From NCBI GenBank assembly GCA_041653675.1, contig JBAZEY010000007.1, positions 1-60,981 of the forward strand: a stretch of 60,981 nt of DNA, read 5' to 3'. The position numbers and the translations under genes are program-made. The notes below the pieces were generated by a model. The model had not been told where the DNA came from. It saw only the letters and a program-made list of their open reading frames with translations, and made no database searches. This stretch comes from Patescibacteria group bacterium. Its GTDB lineage: Bacteria > Patescibacteriota > Patescibacteriia > XYB2-FULL-38-15. Shown here in pieces: positions 8,855 through 17,306 of the stretch (positions are counted from its first letter, which is position 1; each line of letters starts with the position of its first letter).

Positions 8855-8869
8855 ATTATCCCAGAAAAT
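8855..8869 (-). promoter_or_regulatory. putative extended -10 promoter (minus-strand TGGGATAAT)
   Basis: The 15-nt ATTATCCCAGAAAAT is identical to 22813-22827. Both copies lie 24-27 nt upstream of a minus-strand start codon. Confidence 0.35.
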
Positions 8870-8942
8870 TGGCACTAAGTCAAAATAAAAAACCGTCTCT
8901 CCTCCCCCAACGAGAAACGGTTTTGTTTCGGCTCTTTGTTTT

Positions 8943-11375
8943 CTACCAGCCGCAGCCAAGGCGACCAAGAAAAATTTCCCTATACATATCGGGGCCCCGG
9001 CAGTCAGCCCAGGCGGGAATATATTCGTGGCCAGTCCAAACCAAGGATGGCCGCTCATGGTATGGGCAAGGGGAAAATAATATTTCAGAAGAAAGCCTGC
9101 GCCCGTCCCTGTCTACACGCATGAGATAACCTCGTTCATATGTGCTGGATACTTCTTGCCAAAAAAGTCCGTATTCTACGCCATTCCAAACAAGGGTTGG
9201 GTGACGAGACAAATCAACTGTATTAGTAAGTTGTGCCGCCGCACCAATTACGGCCCCGCTCTCATTAACTTTACCGAGATAAATTTCATAGTTGCCTGTG
9301 GTGTTGCCAGTCCAAACCAATGAGAAGATTGAACCATTCCACACAAGGTCAGGGTAGGTTGGATCTCCCATCTCGGCAAGCGATTCTACAACAGTAACAC
9401 CGCCGATTGGCGAACCAGTGGAGGTGAAACGGCTAAAACGCACCTCCTGACCCCCCGAAACCGACGCATTCCAGACCAAACCATACGCCGTCCCAGTCCA
9501 AACCATCTTTGGACAGCATTCTTGAATGGCTGGATCTGCGGCAATGGCAAGCTCTGAACCAATTTCGTCTCCACTCGCAGCAAACCTCGCAAAGTAAATG
9601 TCACCATTTTCGCCGTTTGTGAAAACAACACCAAATTCAGTCCCAGTCCAAACCAAGGATGGTTCATAACTAGATGTAGAATTTAGTGCCGCCGTTACTT
9701 GGATATCACCGATGACTTTCCGACCGACTGAGTCGATGCGAGTGAAATAGATATCTCTAGTTATTGTTGAACGCCAATCGGACCACGCAAGGGCATATTC
9801 CGATCCGGTCCAAACGAGAGTTGGAAAATCAGATTGCTCCGCAGCTGTTGTGATTCTGACATCACTCCCGATCTCAGTGAGCGATGAGTTTACCCGAGCA
9901 AAATAAATTTCGGTTGGGTAGTAACGCCAATCTACCCACGCAACTCCAAGTTCAATCCCAGTCCAAACAAGGGATGGGGAATTTGAGGCTGAATAGAGTG
10001 CACCCGCAAGAACGCGCTGATCGTAAATGTATTCCCAGGCCGCGGGATTCAAGTCGTCACAATCGCTGCCTCCACAAAGATCATCCGCGTAGGTGTCGCC
10101 GTCTCGATCGCGGGCAACGTTTTGGCAAAGTCCAAAGAAGCAGACGTCTTCGGTACAGTCATTCGTGTCGGCGCAAGCAAGTTCAGCCGGAGTTTCATCA
10201 GTCTCGCCGTCGCAGTCGTTGTCCACGCCGTCACAAACTTCAGTCGTGCTGGGAATCTCCTCACAGATTGTGTAGAGACCCTCCGTGGTACAGATATAAG
10301 ATCCTCCGCAAGGAGATGTTCCACAGGCCAACCCAAGCTCTGGCCAGTCTTCGTCAGTTTCCCGGTCGCAGTCGTTGTCCAGGCTATCACAAAGTTCGGG
10401 AGACGGCGCGCCGAGAACCGCATTGCAAATACTGCCGCCAACTAGCGGCTCGCATTCCCAAACGCCGCTCGCCCGGCACTCGCCAAATCCGCCTTCGCAG
10501 GCGACGCCAAGCAACGGCCAGTCTTCGTCAACTTCGCCATCGCAGTCGTCGTCAAATGAATTGCAGCGTTCAGCGCGGACCTCGTGGTCGCCTTCGCAAA
10601 TCGTACCGCGATGAAGCGGCTCACAAACCCAGACCCCCGTCCGCTCGCAAAGCGGCGTTGGCCTGAAAGTGCAAGCGTCGCCAATCAAGGGCCAGGTTTC
10701 GTCGGTCTCGCTGTCGCAGTCGTCATCCAGGCTGTTACAGAGTTCTGTCGCGCCGGGATGGATGTCCGCGTTCGTATCGTCGCAGTCGCCTTCGGAAACT
10801 GTCCACGTGTCGCCGTCGCTGTCTTCGTCGACCCACGCTGTTGGCGGACAATTCACCCAAAGGCGATTCGCGCCACAGTTCGGGTAGGCCGGACTCTCGC
10901 CGTACGGATCAATCTTATGGCCGCTTGCGTCGCGGGCTTCAAAGTGCAAGTGCGAACCAGTTGACCAGCCGGAATTGTCACCAGTCCCCAAGAGTTCGCC
11001 AGCCCTGACTTCGTCACCCACACCAACTTCCAGCGTTCCTATTTTCAGGTGACCATAGATGGTGTGGTAGCCATTGTTGTGACGGATCTGCACATAATTG
11101 CCGTACACCCGTCTTCCGTGGTAAGTATTTACCCAGCCATCTTCCGCGATCTCGACTACGCCTTCCGCGGCAGCAAAGATTCCATCGCCGTCATCACGGA
11201 CGTCATAGTCAATACCCCCATGGCAAGAACCCGAAGGATTGCGGTAGCCGCAAAAACCGACGGTAATGACTGGCGTTCTCGTGATGGGCAAATACAAGAA
11301 TTCTTCTGCCCCTGAGATGTGTGGAAACAAAAACCAGGTCACCAAACACAACACACCCCATCTGAGATTTTCCAT
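8943..11375 (-). CDS. secreted M23 metallopeptidase fused to MopE-like Cys-rich modules and a 7-repeat propeller-like C-terminus
   Basis: Signal peptide. M23 motifs HGGIDY and GSHLHFE. Four modules C[ND]xxD[DN]DCDxExDE. Seven ~45-50-aa repeats P-x-LVWTG-x-E-x-G-x-W ... IYFARV. High GC. Confidence 0.8.
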   Translation of the reverse strand: MENLRWGVLCLVTWFLFPHISGAEEFLYLPITRTPVITVGFCGYRNPSGSCHGGIDYDVRDDGDGIFAAAEGVVEIAEDGWVNTYHGRRVYGNYVQIRHNNGYHTIYGHLKIGTLEVGVGDEVRAGELLGTGDNSGWSTGSHLHFEARDASGHKIDPYGESPAYPNCGANRLWVNCPPTAWVDEDSDGDTWTVSEGDCDDTNADIHPGATELCNSLDDDCDSETDETWPLIGDACTFRPTPLCERTGVWVCEPLHRGTICEGDHEVRAERCNSFDDDCDGEVDEDWPLLGVACEGGFGECRASGVWECEPLVGGSICNAVLGAPSPELCDSLDNDCDRETDEDWPELGLACGTSPCGGSYICTTEGLYTICEEIPSTTEVCDGVDNDCDGETDETPAELACADTNDCTEDVCFFGLCQNVARDRDGDTYADDLCGGSDCDDLNPAAWEYIYDQRVLAGALYSASNSPSLVWTGIELGVAWVDWRYYPTEIYFARVNSSLTEIGSDVRITTAAEQSDFPTLVWTGSEYALAWSDWRSTITRDIYFTRIDSVGRKVIGDIQVTAALNSTSSYEPSLVWTGTEFGVVFTNGENGDIYFARFAASGDEIGSELAIAADPAIQECCPKMVWTGTAYGLVWNASVSGGQEVRFSRFTSTGSPIGGVTVVESLAEMGDPTYPDLVWNGSIFSLVWTGNTTGNYEIYLGKVNESGAVIGAAAQLTNTVDLSRHPTLVWNGVEYGLFWQEVSSTYERGYLMRVDRDGRRLSSEILFSPCPYHERPSLVWTGHEYIPAWADCRGPDMYREIFLGRLGCGW

Positions 11376-11385
11376 TTTCCCTTTC

Positions 11386-11985
11386 CTACTCTACCTCGGT
11401 GAGGTTGGCGATCATGTTCTCGGCCGTGGAAACGTAACTTGTGCCGTCCGGCACAAACACCCTCAAGACGCCATCACGAAGTGGAACTATGTAGACCCTG
11501 TCATTCTGCTCGAGAATGTTAGAGTAGTAAATAATTTTTTTTACTGCTCTGCTCCCGAGCGTTACATCTTCGGACGAAACAACGTCCGTATAGTCCGCCA
11601 TCGCATTTTCTACCGTCCCAGTATCACGGAAAATCATAATCGGAAACAACGGTTCTGGCGGCAAGGTACCTGGCAGTTCTTGATCTGAGAAGGCGAGCGT
11701 CACTACTTCCTCGCCCTCAACTGTCTCACCGTACTCGTGGTACTGCCAACCCGTGGGGTAAATGAAATTCACACCCCACCTCATATTCTCGTACTCCGTC
11801 CAACCGGCCGGAACTTCTCCGGTCGCATCAGGCGTGACTTCTGGCGTGTTGTCCTGGGAAGAGTCAGACACTTCGTTCGTGTCTGAGTTTGTATCGGTGG
11901 GCGCCACGGAATTTTTTCCGCAACCCCAACCGACCAACACCAACGCGCCAATGATCGCCACTACGAAAACGATTCCCTTCTTCAT
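11386..11985 (-). CDS. lipoprotein of unknown function
   Basis: Start trimmed to MKKGIVFVV. Lipobox-like LVGWGCG. Stop lies 10 nt before the M23 gene start, so likely the same operon. Confidence 0.55.
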   Translation of the reverse strand: MKKGIVFVVAIIGALVLVGWGCGKNSVAPTDTNSDTNEVSDSSQDNTPEVTPDATGEVPAGWTEYENMRWGVNFIYPTGWQYHEYGETVEGEEVVTLAFSDQELPGTLPPEPLFPIMIFRDTGTVENAMADYTDVVSSEDVTLGSRAVKKIIYYSNILEQNDRVYIVPLRDGVLRVFVPDGTSYVSTAENMIANLTEVE

Positions 11986-12162
11986 CTTCTTTTCTCCTTC
12001 CCCGCTACTCGCGGGATTGTTTCCGCCTCTTCGGCGGATTGTTAAAAAGAGCCGACCTTTTATCCCTCCTTTAAAAAGGTTAATCATAGATTTTTCTGAA
12101 TTTAAAAATTAAAATTTTTTATTTTATAATTTTATCATAAAAAAACAAAAACTCGCACTCCG

Positions 12163-12534
12163 CTACCAATCGGCAATTACTTCCTGACCCTCTTCTTCGT
12201 CTTCCTCAATCGTTTCTCCCTTTTTCACTCCGGTCCAATCAACTCTAAAAATCATATTATTAAACTCTTTAAACCACCGACGATTTTCCTTCCCTTCCGC
12301 CGGTTCATACCAAAAAGCAAACCCGTGATATATACCATTTTCATCCGGCGTCTTGTTCCAAATGGTCTTTGTTCCCAAGCTCTTCACCTCGCCCTGCTTG
12401 CCATGCAAAACTGTCTCCGAACAAATCTCCAGATCACTGCGACCGGTCACCTCGTGCATTTTTTGAATTACTTTTCCCTCCGTCATTAGCTGGCTTTCAA
12501 CTTGTGGCTCCTCGCGATCTCTTTGTTCGCTCAT
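12163..12534 (-). CDS. acidic hypothetical protein
   Basis: 123-aa ORF with no recognisable motif. Confidence 0.45.
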   Translation of the reverse strand: MSEQRDREEPQVESQLMTEGKVIQKMHEVTGRSDLEICSETVLHGKQGEVKSLGTKTIWNKTPDENGIYHGFAFWYEPAEGKENRRWFKEFNNMIFRVDWTGVKKGETIEEDEEEGQEVIADW

Positions 12535-12606
12535 ATTATTTTTTAAATTTAAATTAAAACTGTTTTTATTTTATAATTTTACCACAAAAAAATTATTAAA
12601 CAAAAA

Positions 12607-12640
12607 CCCCGCCCTTCGTGAAAGGCGGGGTTGCTTTATA
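12607..12640 (-). terminator. Rho-independent terminator
   Basis: CCCCGCC..GGCGGGG stem. On the minus strand it is followed by TTTTTGTTT. Confidence 0.6.
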
Positions 12641-12655
12641 ATTATTCATTATCCG

Positions 12656-13354
12656 TTACTCAACCACTATCGTCCCCACAATTCTGTCCACCACCCCATC
12701 CAAATCAAATGTCTCCCGCTCAGCCGCGCACTCGCTCTGTTTTGGATCATCATAATTCAAACATTGCGGATAGCGCAAAACGAAATTTAAGGAAATTAAT
12801 TTTCCGTCTCGCGCCGTAGTATATGTATATGTTGTGTAAGTGCTGCCTGCCGCGCCTTCGCTTAAAGCCGCAACACAATAAACTCTGTCGTCCACCATTC
12901 TCCGCGCCACTCTCGCCGGAAAACTGCTCTCTGCCGGAGTTTCCGCGCAAGAAAATTCTCCCTCGGCAATTGTGACCGTCGGCGGCCACTCAGCAACACT
13001 AATATATTTTGCCGTCAAAGTTTCCGGATATTGAAATTCAAAGCCATTGCCACTCGAAATTTTCCAGCCGGGAGATAAAGGACAAGGAGAAAATTCGCAA
13101 TTCGGCGGCACCCGGCCAACAGAACTTCCGTCCGGACAAATTTTGGCTTCGAGTGTACAGGCCACCGGCTCGGGACAAGGCGCGAATTCGCAACTCGGCG
13201 CGACTCTTGAAACATAACTTCCGTCAAAACAAAGTTTGGCGTCAGCCGTACAAAAAACCGGCTCGGGAGTTTTCTCTCCAAAAGCTTGCCAAAGGAAAAG
13301 CCCGCCCGCTGCCAAAATTAAAACTACAATAAGCGCGACTAAAATTTTGTTCAT
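12656..13354 (-). CDS. secreted protein with two tandem Cys-motif repeats
   Basis: Signal peptide. CTADAKLCFDGSYVSRVAPSCEFAPCP followed by CTLEAKICPDGSSVGRVPPNCEFSPCP. Confidence 0.6.
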   Translation of the reverse strand: MNKILVALIVVLILAAGGLFLWQAFGEKTPEPVFCTADAKLCFDGSYVSRVAPSCEFAPCPEPVACTLEAKICPDGSSVGRVPPNCEFSPCPLSPGWKISSGNGFEFQYPETLTAKYISVAEWPPTVTIAEGEFSCAETPAESSFPARVARRMVDDRVYCVAALSEGAAGSTYTTYTYTTARDGKLISLNFVLRYPQCLNYDDPKQSECAAERETFDLDGVVDRIVGTIVVE

Positions 13355-13640
13355 ATCCCGTTAGAAGCCCTTGACGAAAAAAAATTTTAAGCGATTGGTG
13401 AGATAACGTTTTCCCATTCCAGACTTAAGATATCTTTCTCGCACACGAGCATCTTCTCTATTTAAACTTATTTCACAATAAATTAATTTCCATGGAGCCC
13501 CGAATTTAGTAGCTATGTTTTTTCTCGCATTATGGCTTGAAATTCTTTTTCTCAAATCGCAAGTTGAACCTGTATACCATTTCCCTGTTTTATCGCTTCT
13601 AAGAAGATAGACAAACCACATAGGCTTCTAACGGGACATA
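13355..13640 (-). mobile_element. inverted-repeat-bracketed GIY-YIG cassette
   Basis: Perfect 14-bp inverted repeat: TCCCGTTAGAAGCC (13356-13369) and GGCTTCTAACGGGA (13623-13636), extendable to ~17 bp. It encloses the GIY-YIG ORF exactly. Confidence 0.55.
13361..13621 (-). CDS. GIY-YIG nuclease family protein (86 aa)
   Basis: MWFVYLL..GKWYTGSTCDLRKRISSHN gives the GIY / YxG / R..H..N motif order. Confidence 0.8.
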   Translation of the reverse strand: MWFVYLLRSDKTGKWYTGSTCDLRKRISSHNARKNIATKFGAPWKLIYCEISLNREDARVRERYLKSGMGKRYLTNRLKFFFVKGF

Positions 13641-13678
13641 CGTATTTCAATTATCAATTTCTATTTACTAATTATTAA

Positions 13679-14188
13679 TTACTTCAAAATCTCTGTATTC
13701 GGCAAAGTGGAACTTATTTTTTCCAAATCGGCCGCGGAAATATTATTATTGCCCGAGACGTCAAGAATTTCGAGCTGCGTTAAATTTCCAATTTCGTAAG
13801 GCAATCCGGTCAGTTGATTGTTTGATAAATTTAAAATTTTCAATTTTTCCAACTGCCCGACTTCAGCCGGCACGCCGGTAAATTTGTTGCCGCTCAAATT
13901 CAAAATTTCCAAATTTTTAAGCTGTCTTAATTCTGCCGGAAGCGCCCCGGTTAAATTATTTCCCGAGAGATTTAACTCAGTGAGATCGGTCTGATTAAAA
14001 ACACTCATCTCCACCCTGGTCAGCCCTTGATTGCTTAAATCCAAATAATTCCATTCCGCGGGAACATTCGCGTTATCATTTGCATTGCCATTAACATTTC
14101 CATTTTGATTTTCCGCAAAACATCCGGCTCCGAGCAAAACAAGCGCGAAAGCCGCGATGAGTAAGGGAAAAATAAATTTTTTTGGCAT
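13679..14188 (-). CDS. leucine-rich-repeat lipoprotein
   Basis: Lipobox LGAGC. About five LxxLxLxxNxLxGxxP repeats. Confidence 0.75.
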   Translation of the reverse strand: MPKKFIFPLLIAAFALVLLGAGCFAENQNGNVNGNANDNANVPAEWNYLDLSNQGLTRVEMSVFNQTDLTELNLSGNNLTGALPAELRQLKNLEILNLSGNKFTGVPAEVGQLEKLKILNLSNNQLTGLPYEIGNLTQLEILDVSGNNNISAADLEKISSTLPNTEILK

Positions 14189-14277
14189 AATAGTAAAGTT
14201 ATTTTAATTAAACGTAGAATTATTATAACAAATCTGGATTAATCTTGCATTAAAGCTCCGCGGCAGAATTTTACCAA

Positions 14278-15732
14278 TTAACAATTCCTCCCTGCCCGTC
14301 TTCCCCGTCTTCTTCTTCCACCGCCGACTTTCTCGTCCGAAGATATCTCGTCGGACACCGGACGCTCCGATAAATTTTTACCGCCGCAAGCGCCAATAAA
14401 ATTATTATGCGCTTCTAAAATATTGTCAGGGGTCATTTTGAAAAATTCTCCCGCTGTCCCAACCGAGCCAGCGCGAAATTCCTCGTCTTTGGCCAAAATT
14501 TCCGGATGCACCCGAAAGGCGCGCTCATTCCAACCGAGAAGATAAATGCCCGAAAGTTTTCGAACCCGCGAGAGCGCGACATAGCCCTGCCCAAATTCAA
14601 AAACATCGGAAAGATCCATTACGGCTTCGTCCAAACTCATCCCCTGACTTTTGTGCACCGTAATCGCCCAAGCAAGACGAAGCGGCAATTGGGTAATCCG
14701 AGCGCGAATTTCTCCATTTTCCTCAACCATCCAATCCATCGGCAAAACTTTTATCCGCCTTCCGTCTCGAGTCGCGACAATCGGCTGGCCGCTCTCTTTA
14801 TCAAAACCCAAGACCTCGCCCAACGTGCCGTTAACAAATCCCTCTTTCAAATTATTTTTCGTAAACATCACCGCCGCGCCGATTTTTAGATAAAGCGTTT
14901 CCGGTGAGAGACATCCTTTTTGAAGCGCCGCGACTTGCGCTCTCGGGCCTTGCGACGACATTTCAAAAACTTGCGGCTCGCCAAAAATTTTCCCGAGCAT
15001 TTTATTGTTAATACTATCCACGTCGGCATTCAGAGAAAAAAGTTTTGGTACGCCATCCGGCGCCTGATTGGGTTTTATTTTTCGCGTTTCAAGAGAACGA
15101 AGATGATTATTGGAAAAAACATTTCGTCTGATTGATGAAAGAATTGAAAGAAAACTCCCGTCGTCTTGACGATGCTGTTCGGTAAGATAGCAAACAGCCG
15201 GCTTGGCCTGCCCCCAGGCCGGAGAATCATACGCAAAACGAACCCTGGGTTCGTCAATTAATATTCCCTGCCGGTCGCCCTCCGCCTCAAACTTTACAAC
15301 CGGCGGAAGCTGAAAAAAATCTCCGACCAAAACTATCTGCATGCCGCCAAACGGTTCCGCGTTCTGTTTTATTTTTCGACAAACAACATCAACCATGGAA
15401 AGCGTCCCGGCGGCGAGCATTGACACTTCATCTATAATCAAAACTTTGGCGCGGCGGACGCGCTTTTCAATATGCTCGTTTAAAATAATCCGGCCAAGGT
15501 CGCGCTTGTCCAGTTTTGTTTTAATTCCTATTCCGCTCCACGAATGAATCGTCACCCCGCCGAGATGCGTCGCCGCGATTCCCGTTGAAGCCGTGATCGC
15601 CGGATCAATTCCCCGCTCATTTAAATATTTTACGTATTGATTCACCGTATGCGTTTTTCCGCTCCCCGGCTCGCCAGTCAAAAAAACATTCGCGCCGGTT
15701 TTAAGTATTGAAAGCGCTTCTTGTTGCGTCAT
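14278..15732 (-). CDS. PIF1/RecD-like SF1 DNA helicase
   Basis: Walker A GEPGSGKTH, Walker B LIIDEVSM, and a C-terminal TVHKSQG motif. Start trimmed to MTQQEAL. Arg-rich tail GGGRRRRGRRAGRNC. Confidence 0.8.
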   Translation of the reverse strand: MTQQEALSILKTGANVFLTGEPGSGKTHTVNQYVKYLNERGIDPAITASTGIAATHLGGVTIHSWSGIGIKTKLDKRDLGRIILNEHIEKRVRRAKVLIIDEVSMLAAGTLSMVDVVCRKIKQNAEPFGGMQIVLVGDFFQLPPVVKFEAEGDRQGILIDEPRVRFAYDSPAWGQAKPAVCYLTEQHRQDDGSFLSILSSIRRNVFSNNHLRSLETRKIKPNQAPDGVPKLFSLNADVDSINNKMLGKIFGEPQVFEMSSQGPRAQVAALQKGCLSPETLYLKIGAAVMFTKNNLKEGFVNGTLGEVLGFDKESGQPIVATRDGRRIKVLPMDWMVEENGEIRARITQLPLRLAWAITVHKSQGMSLDEAVMDLSDVFEFGQGYVALSRVRKLSGIYLLGWNERAFRVHPEILAKDEEFRAGSVGTAGEFFKMTPDNILEAHNNFIGACGGKNLSERPVSDEISSDEKVGGGRRRRGRRAGRNC

Positions 15733-15764
15733 TTGATTATTATCTATTCTGAGAAATAAAAAAA

Positions 15765-16475
15765 TTAAAACTTGATGTATTTTTCCCAATATTCAAAAAG
15801 TTCTTTCGTCGCCCGTAAATCGCCGACATTGTATTTCGCGATATCGGCGTATCTTTTTTCCTTAAATAATCTGCCAACATCATCTCCCGTTACTCCTCCG
15901 GCCTTCGGACTTTTTATGCCAAAAGCCCGGCTCCAAAGATGCAAACTGCCGTTCTTCCGCACGGCTCCGTAAAAAGATAGTTGATCAAATAAATCAATAT
16001 GCTTGGCGTCAAATTTTTGGCTATTCAAATACCGATTAGACATTAAGTCCTTGCTGGGCCTGATTCCATGAACCGCCGAGCGCACAGTCAAAAATGGCAC
16101 ATCAAAACTTCGGCCGTTAAAACTTACAAACTCTTGATATTGCGCCGCCCCCGCCCAAAAATTTTGGAGCATTTCCTTTTCCGTCATTTGTTTAAACTTG
16201 ATTCCATCTTCCTCAAATTCTGGAATACTTTCTCCCGGCGCCTGAAAATATACGGCTCCTTTATTTTTTTCATTATCCAAAACGCCGATGGCCACAATCT
16301 CCCCGGTCAACGGCGAAAAACCCAACCCGTTTTTCAAGTCATCAAGCGCGACCCGATATTCATCTTCCCCGGAAGATTCTTTTTTGATCCAGCGAGTTAA
16401 AATTTCTTGCGTGGTTAGATCAAGCGCGTCAAAATCCTCGCCGATGGTTTCTATGTCAAAAATAAGTTTGGACAT
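15765..16475 (-). CDS. RNase H-like / DnaQ-like 3'-5' exonuclease domain protein
   Basis: Exo I-like motif LIFDIETIG and a downstream acidic motif (..DLFDQL..). Start trimmed to MSKLIFDIE. Confidence 0.6.
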   Translation of the reverse strand: MSKLIFDIETIGEDFDALDLTTQEILTRWIKKESSGEDEYRVALDDLKNGLGFSPLTGEIVAIGVLDNEKNKGAVYFQAPGESIPEFEEDGIKFKQMTEKEMLQNFWAGAAQYQEFVSFNGRSFDVPFLTVRSAVHGIRPSKDLMSNRYLNSQKFDAKHIDLFDQLSFYGAVRKNGSLHLWSRAFGIKSPKAGGVTGDDVGRLFKEKRYADIAKYNVGDLRATKELFEYWEKYIKF

Positions 16476-16488
16476 GGTTTTTAATAAG

Positions 16489-17235
16489 TTATTTCTTCGC
16501 CTCAACTTTTAAACTTTCCAACGCCGCACCCTGATATTGTCTTTTACTAATATCCTTATCTTCCGACAAAATTTTAACTTTAAATCCCGCGTTCTTTATA
16601 AGTTTTAAATAATCATTTTTTAATAGTGCCCCGCCAACGCATCCGGCGATTAATTCTTCATTACGCCTTTGCGCCAAGGAAAGTTTTTTCAGCAAGACAA
16701 TATCTGAAACATACATTCTGCCTCCGGTCTTCAACACTCTGTACGCTTCGCCAAAAACTTTTTCTTTGTCCGGGGCAAGATTTATAACGCAATTGCTTAT
16801 CACAATATCAATTGAATCATCATGAACGGGCAAGTGTTCAATGTCTCCCAATCTAAATTCCACATTTTTATAACCATATTTTTTGGCGTTAGCCCGCGCC
16901 TTGTTAATCATCTCTTCTGTCATATCAACTCCGATCACCCGGCCGGAACTTCCCACTCTTTTCGCCGAAAGAAAACAATCAAAGCCCGCGCCGGAACCCA
17001 AATCCAAAACAACATCACCCTCTTTGATTTTTCCCATGGCCACGGGATTGCCGCAGCCAAGGCCGAGATTCGCGTCCGCGACAGATTTTATTTCCTTGGC
17101 GGAATATCCGATGCTTTTTGATATTTTTTCGTTATCAGTTTTGGAATCGCAACCGCAACTGCAGCCACAACTTTTCCCCGCCGCGATTTTGCCGTAAAAA
17201 TTCTTAACGATTTTTTTGATTTTATTTTTCTTCAT
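16489..17235 (-). CDS. arsM: arsenite S-adenosylmethionine methyltransferase-like
   Basis: [30 protein letters not shown] and AGCVGGA. The three Cys positions typical of ArsM are present, plus an N-terminal CGCSCGC. Confidence 0.75.
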   Translation of the reverse strand: MKKNKIKKIVKNFYGKIAAGKSCGCSCGCDSKTDNEKISKSIGYSAKEIKSVADANLGLGCGNPVAMGKIKEGDVVLDLGSGAGFDCFLSAKRVGSSGRVIGVDMTEEMINKARANAKKYGYKNVEFRLGDIEHLPVHDDSIDIVISNCVINLAPDKEKVFGEAYRVLKTGGRMYVSDIVLLKKLSLAQRRNEELIAGCVGGALLKNDYLKLIKNAGFKVKILSEDKDISKRQYQGAALESLKVEAKK

Positions 17236-17271
17236 TTTTATAAATTATTGTTTAAGGACAATTTTTTATCC

Positions 17272-17300
17272 TTGACAATGTGGATAACTCTTGTTATTAT
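17272..17300 (+). promoter_or_regulatory. sigma70-type promoter TTGACA-17 nt-TATTAT
   Basis: TTGACA at 17272-17277, a 17-nt spacer, and TATTAT at 17295-17300. Confidence 0.55.
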
Positions 17301-17306
17301 GGTTAT

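Noticed and set aside
9386-11315. A dense set of overlapping ORFs (for example 9884-10666 +, 10049-10441 -, 10584-10964 +) within the 810-aa M23 gene.
   Set aside because: High-GC artefacts. Only the 8943-11375 minus frame has a signal peptide, M23 motifs and regular repeats.
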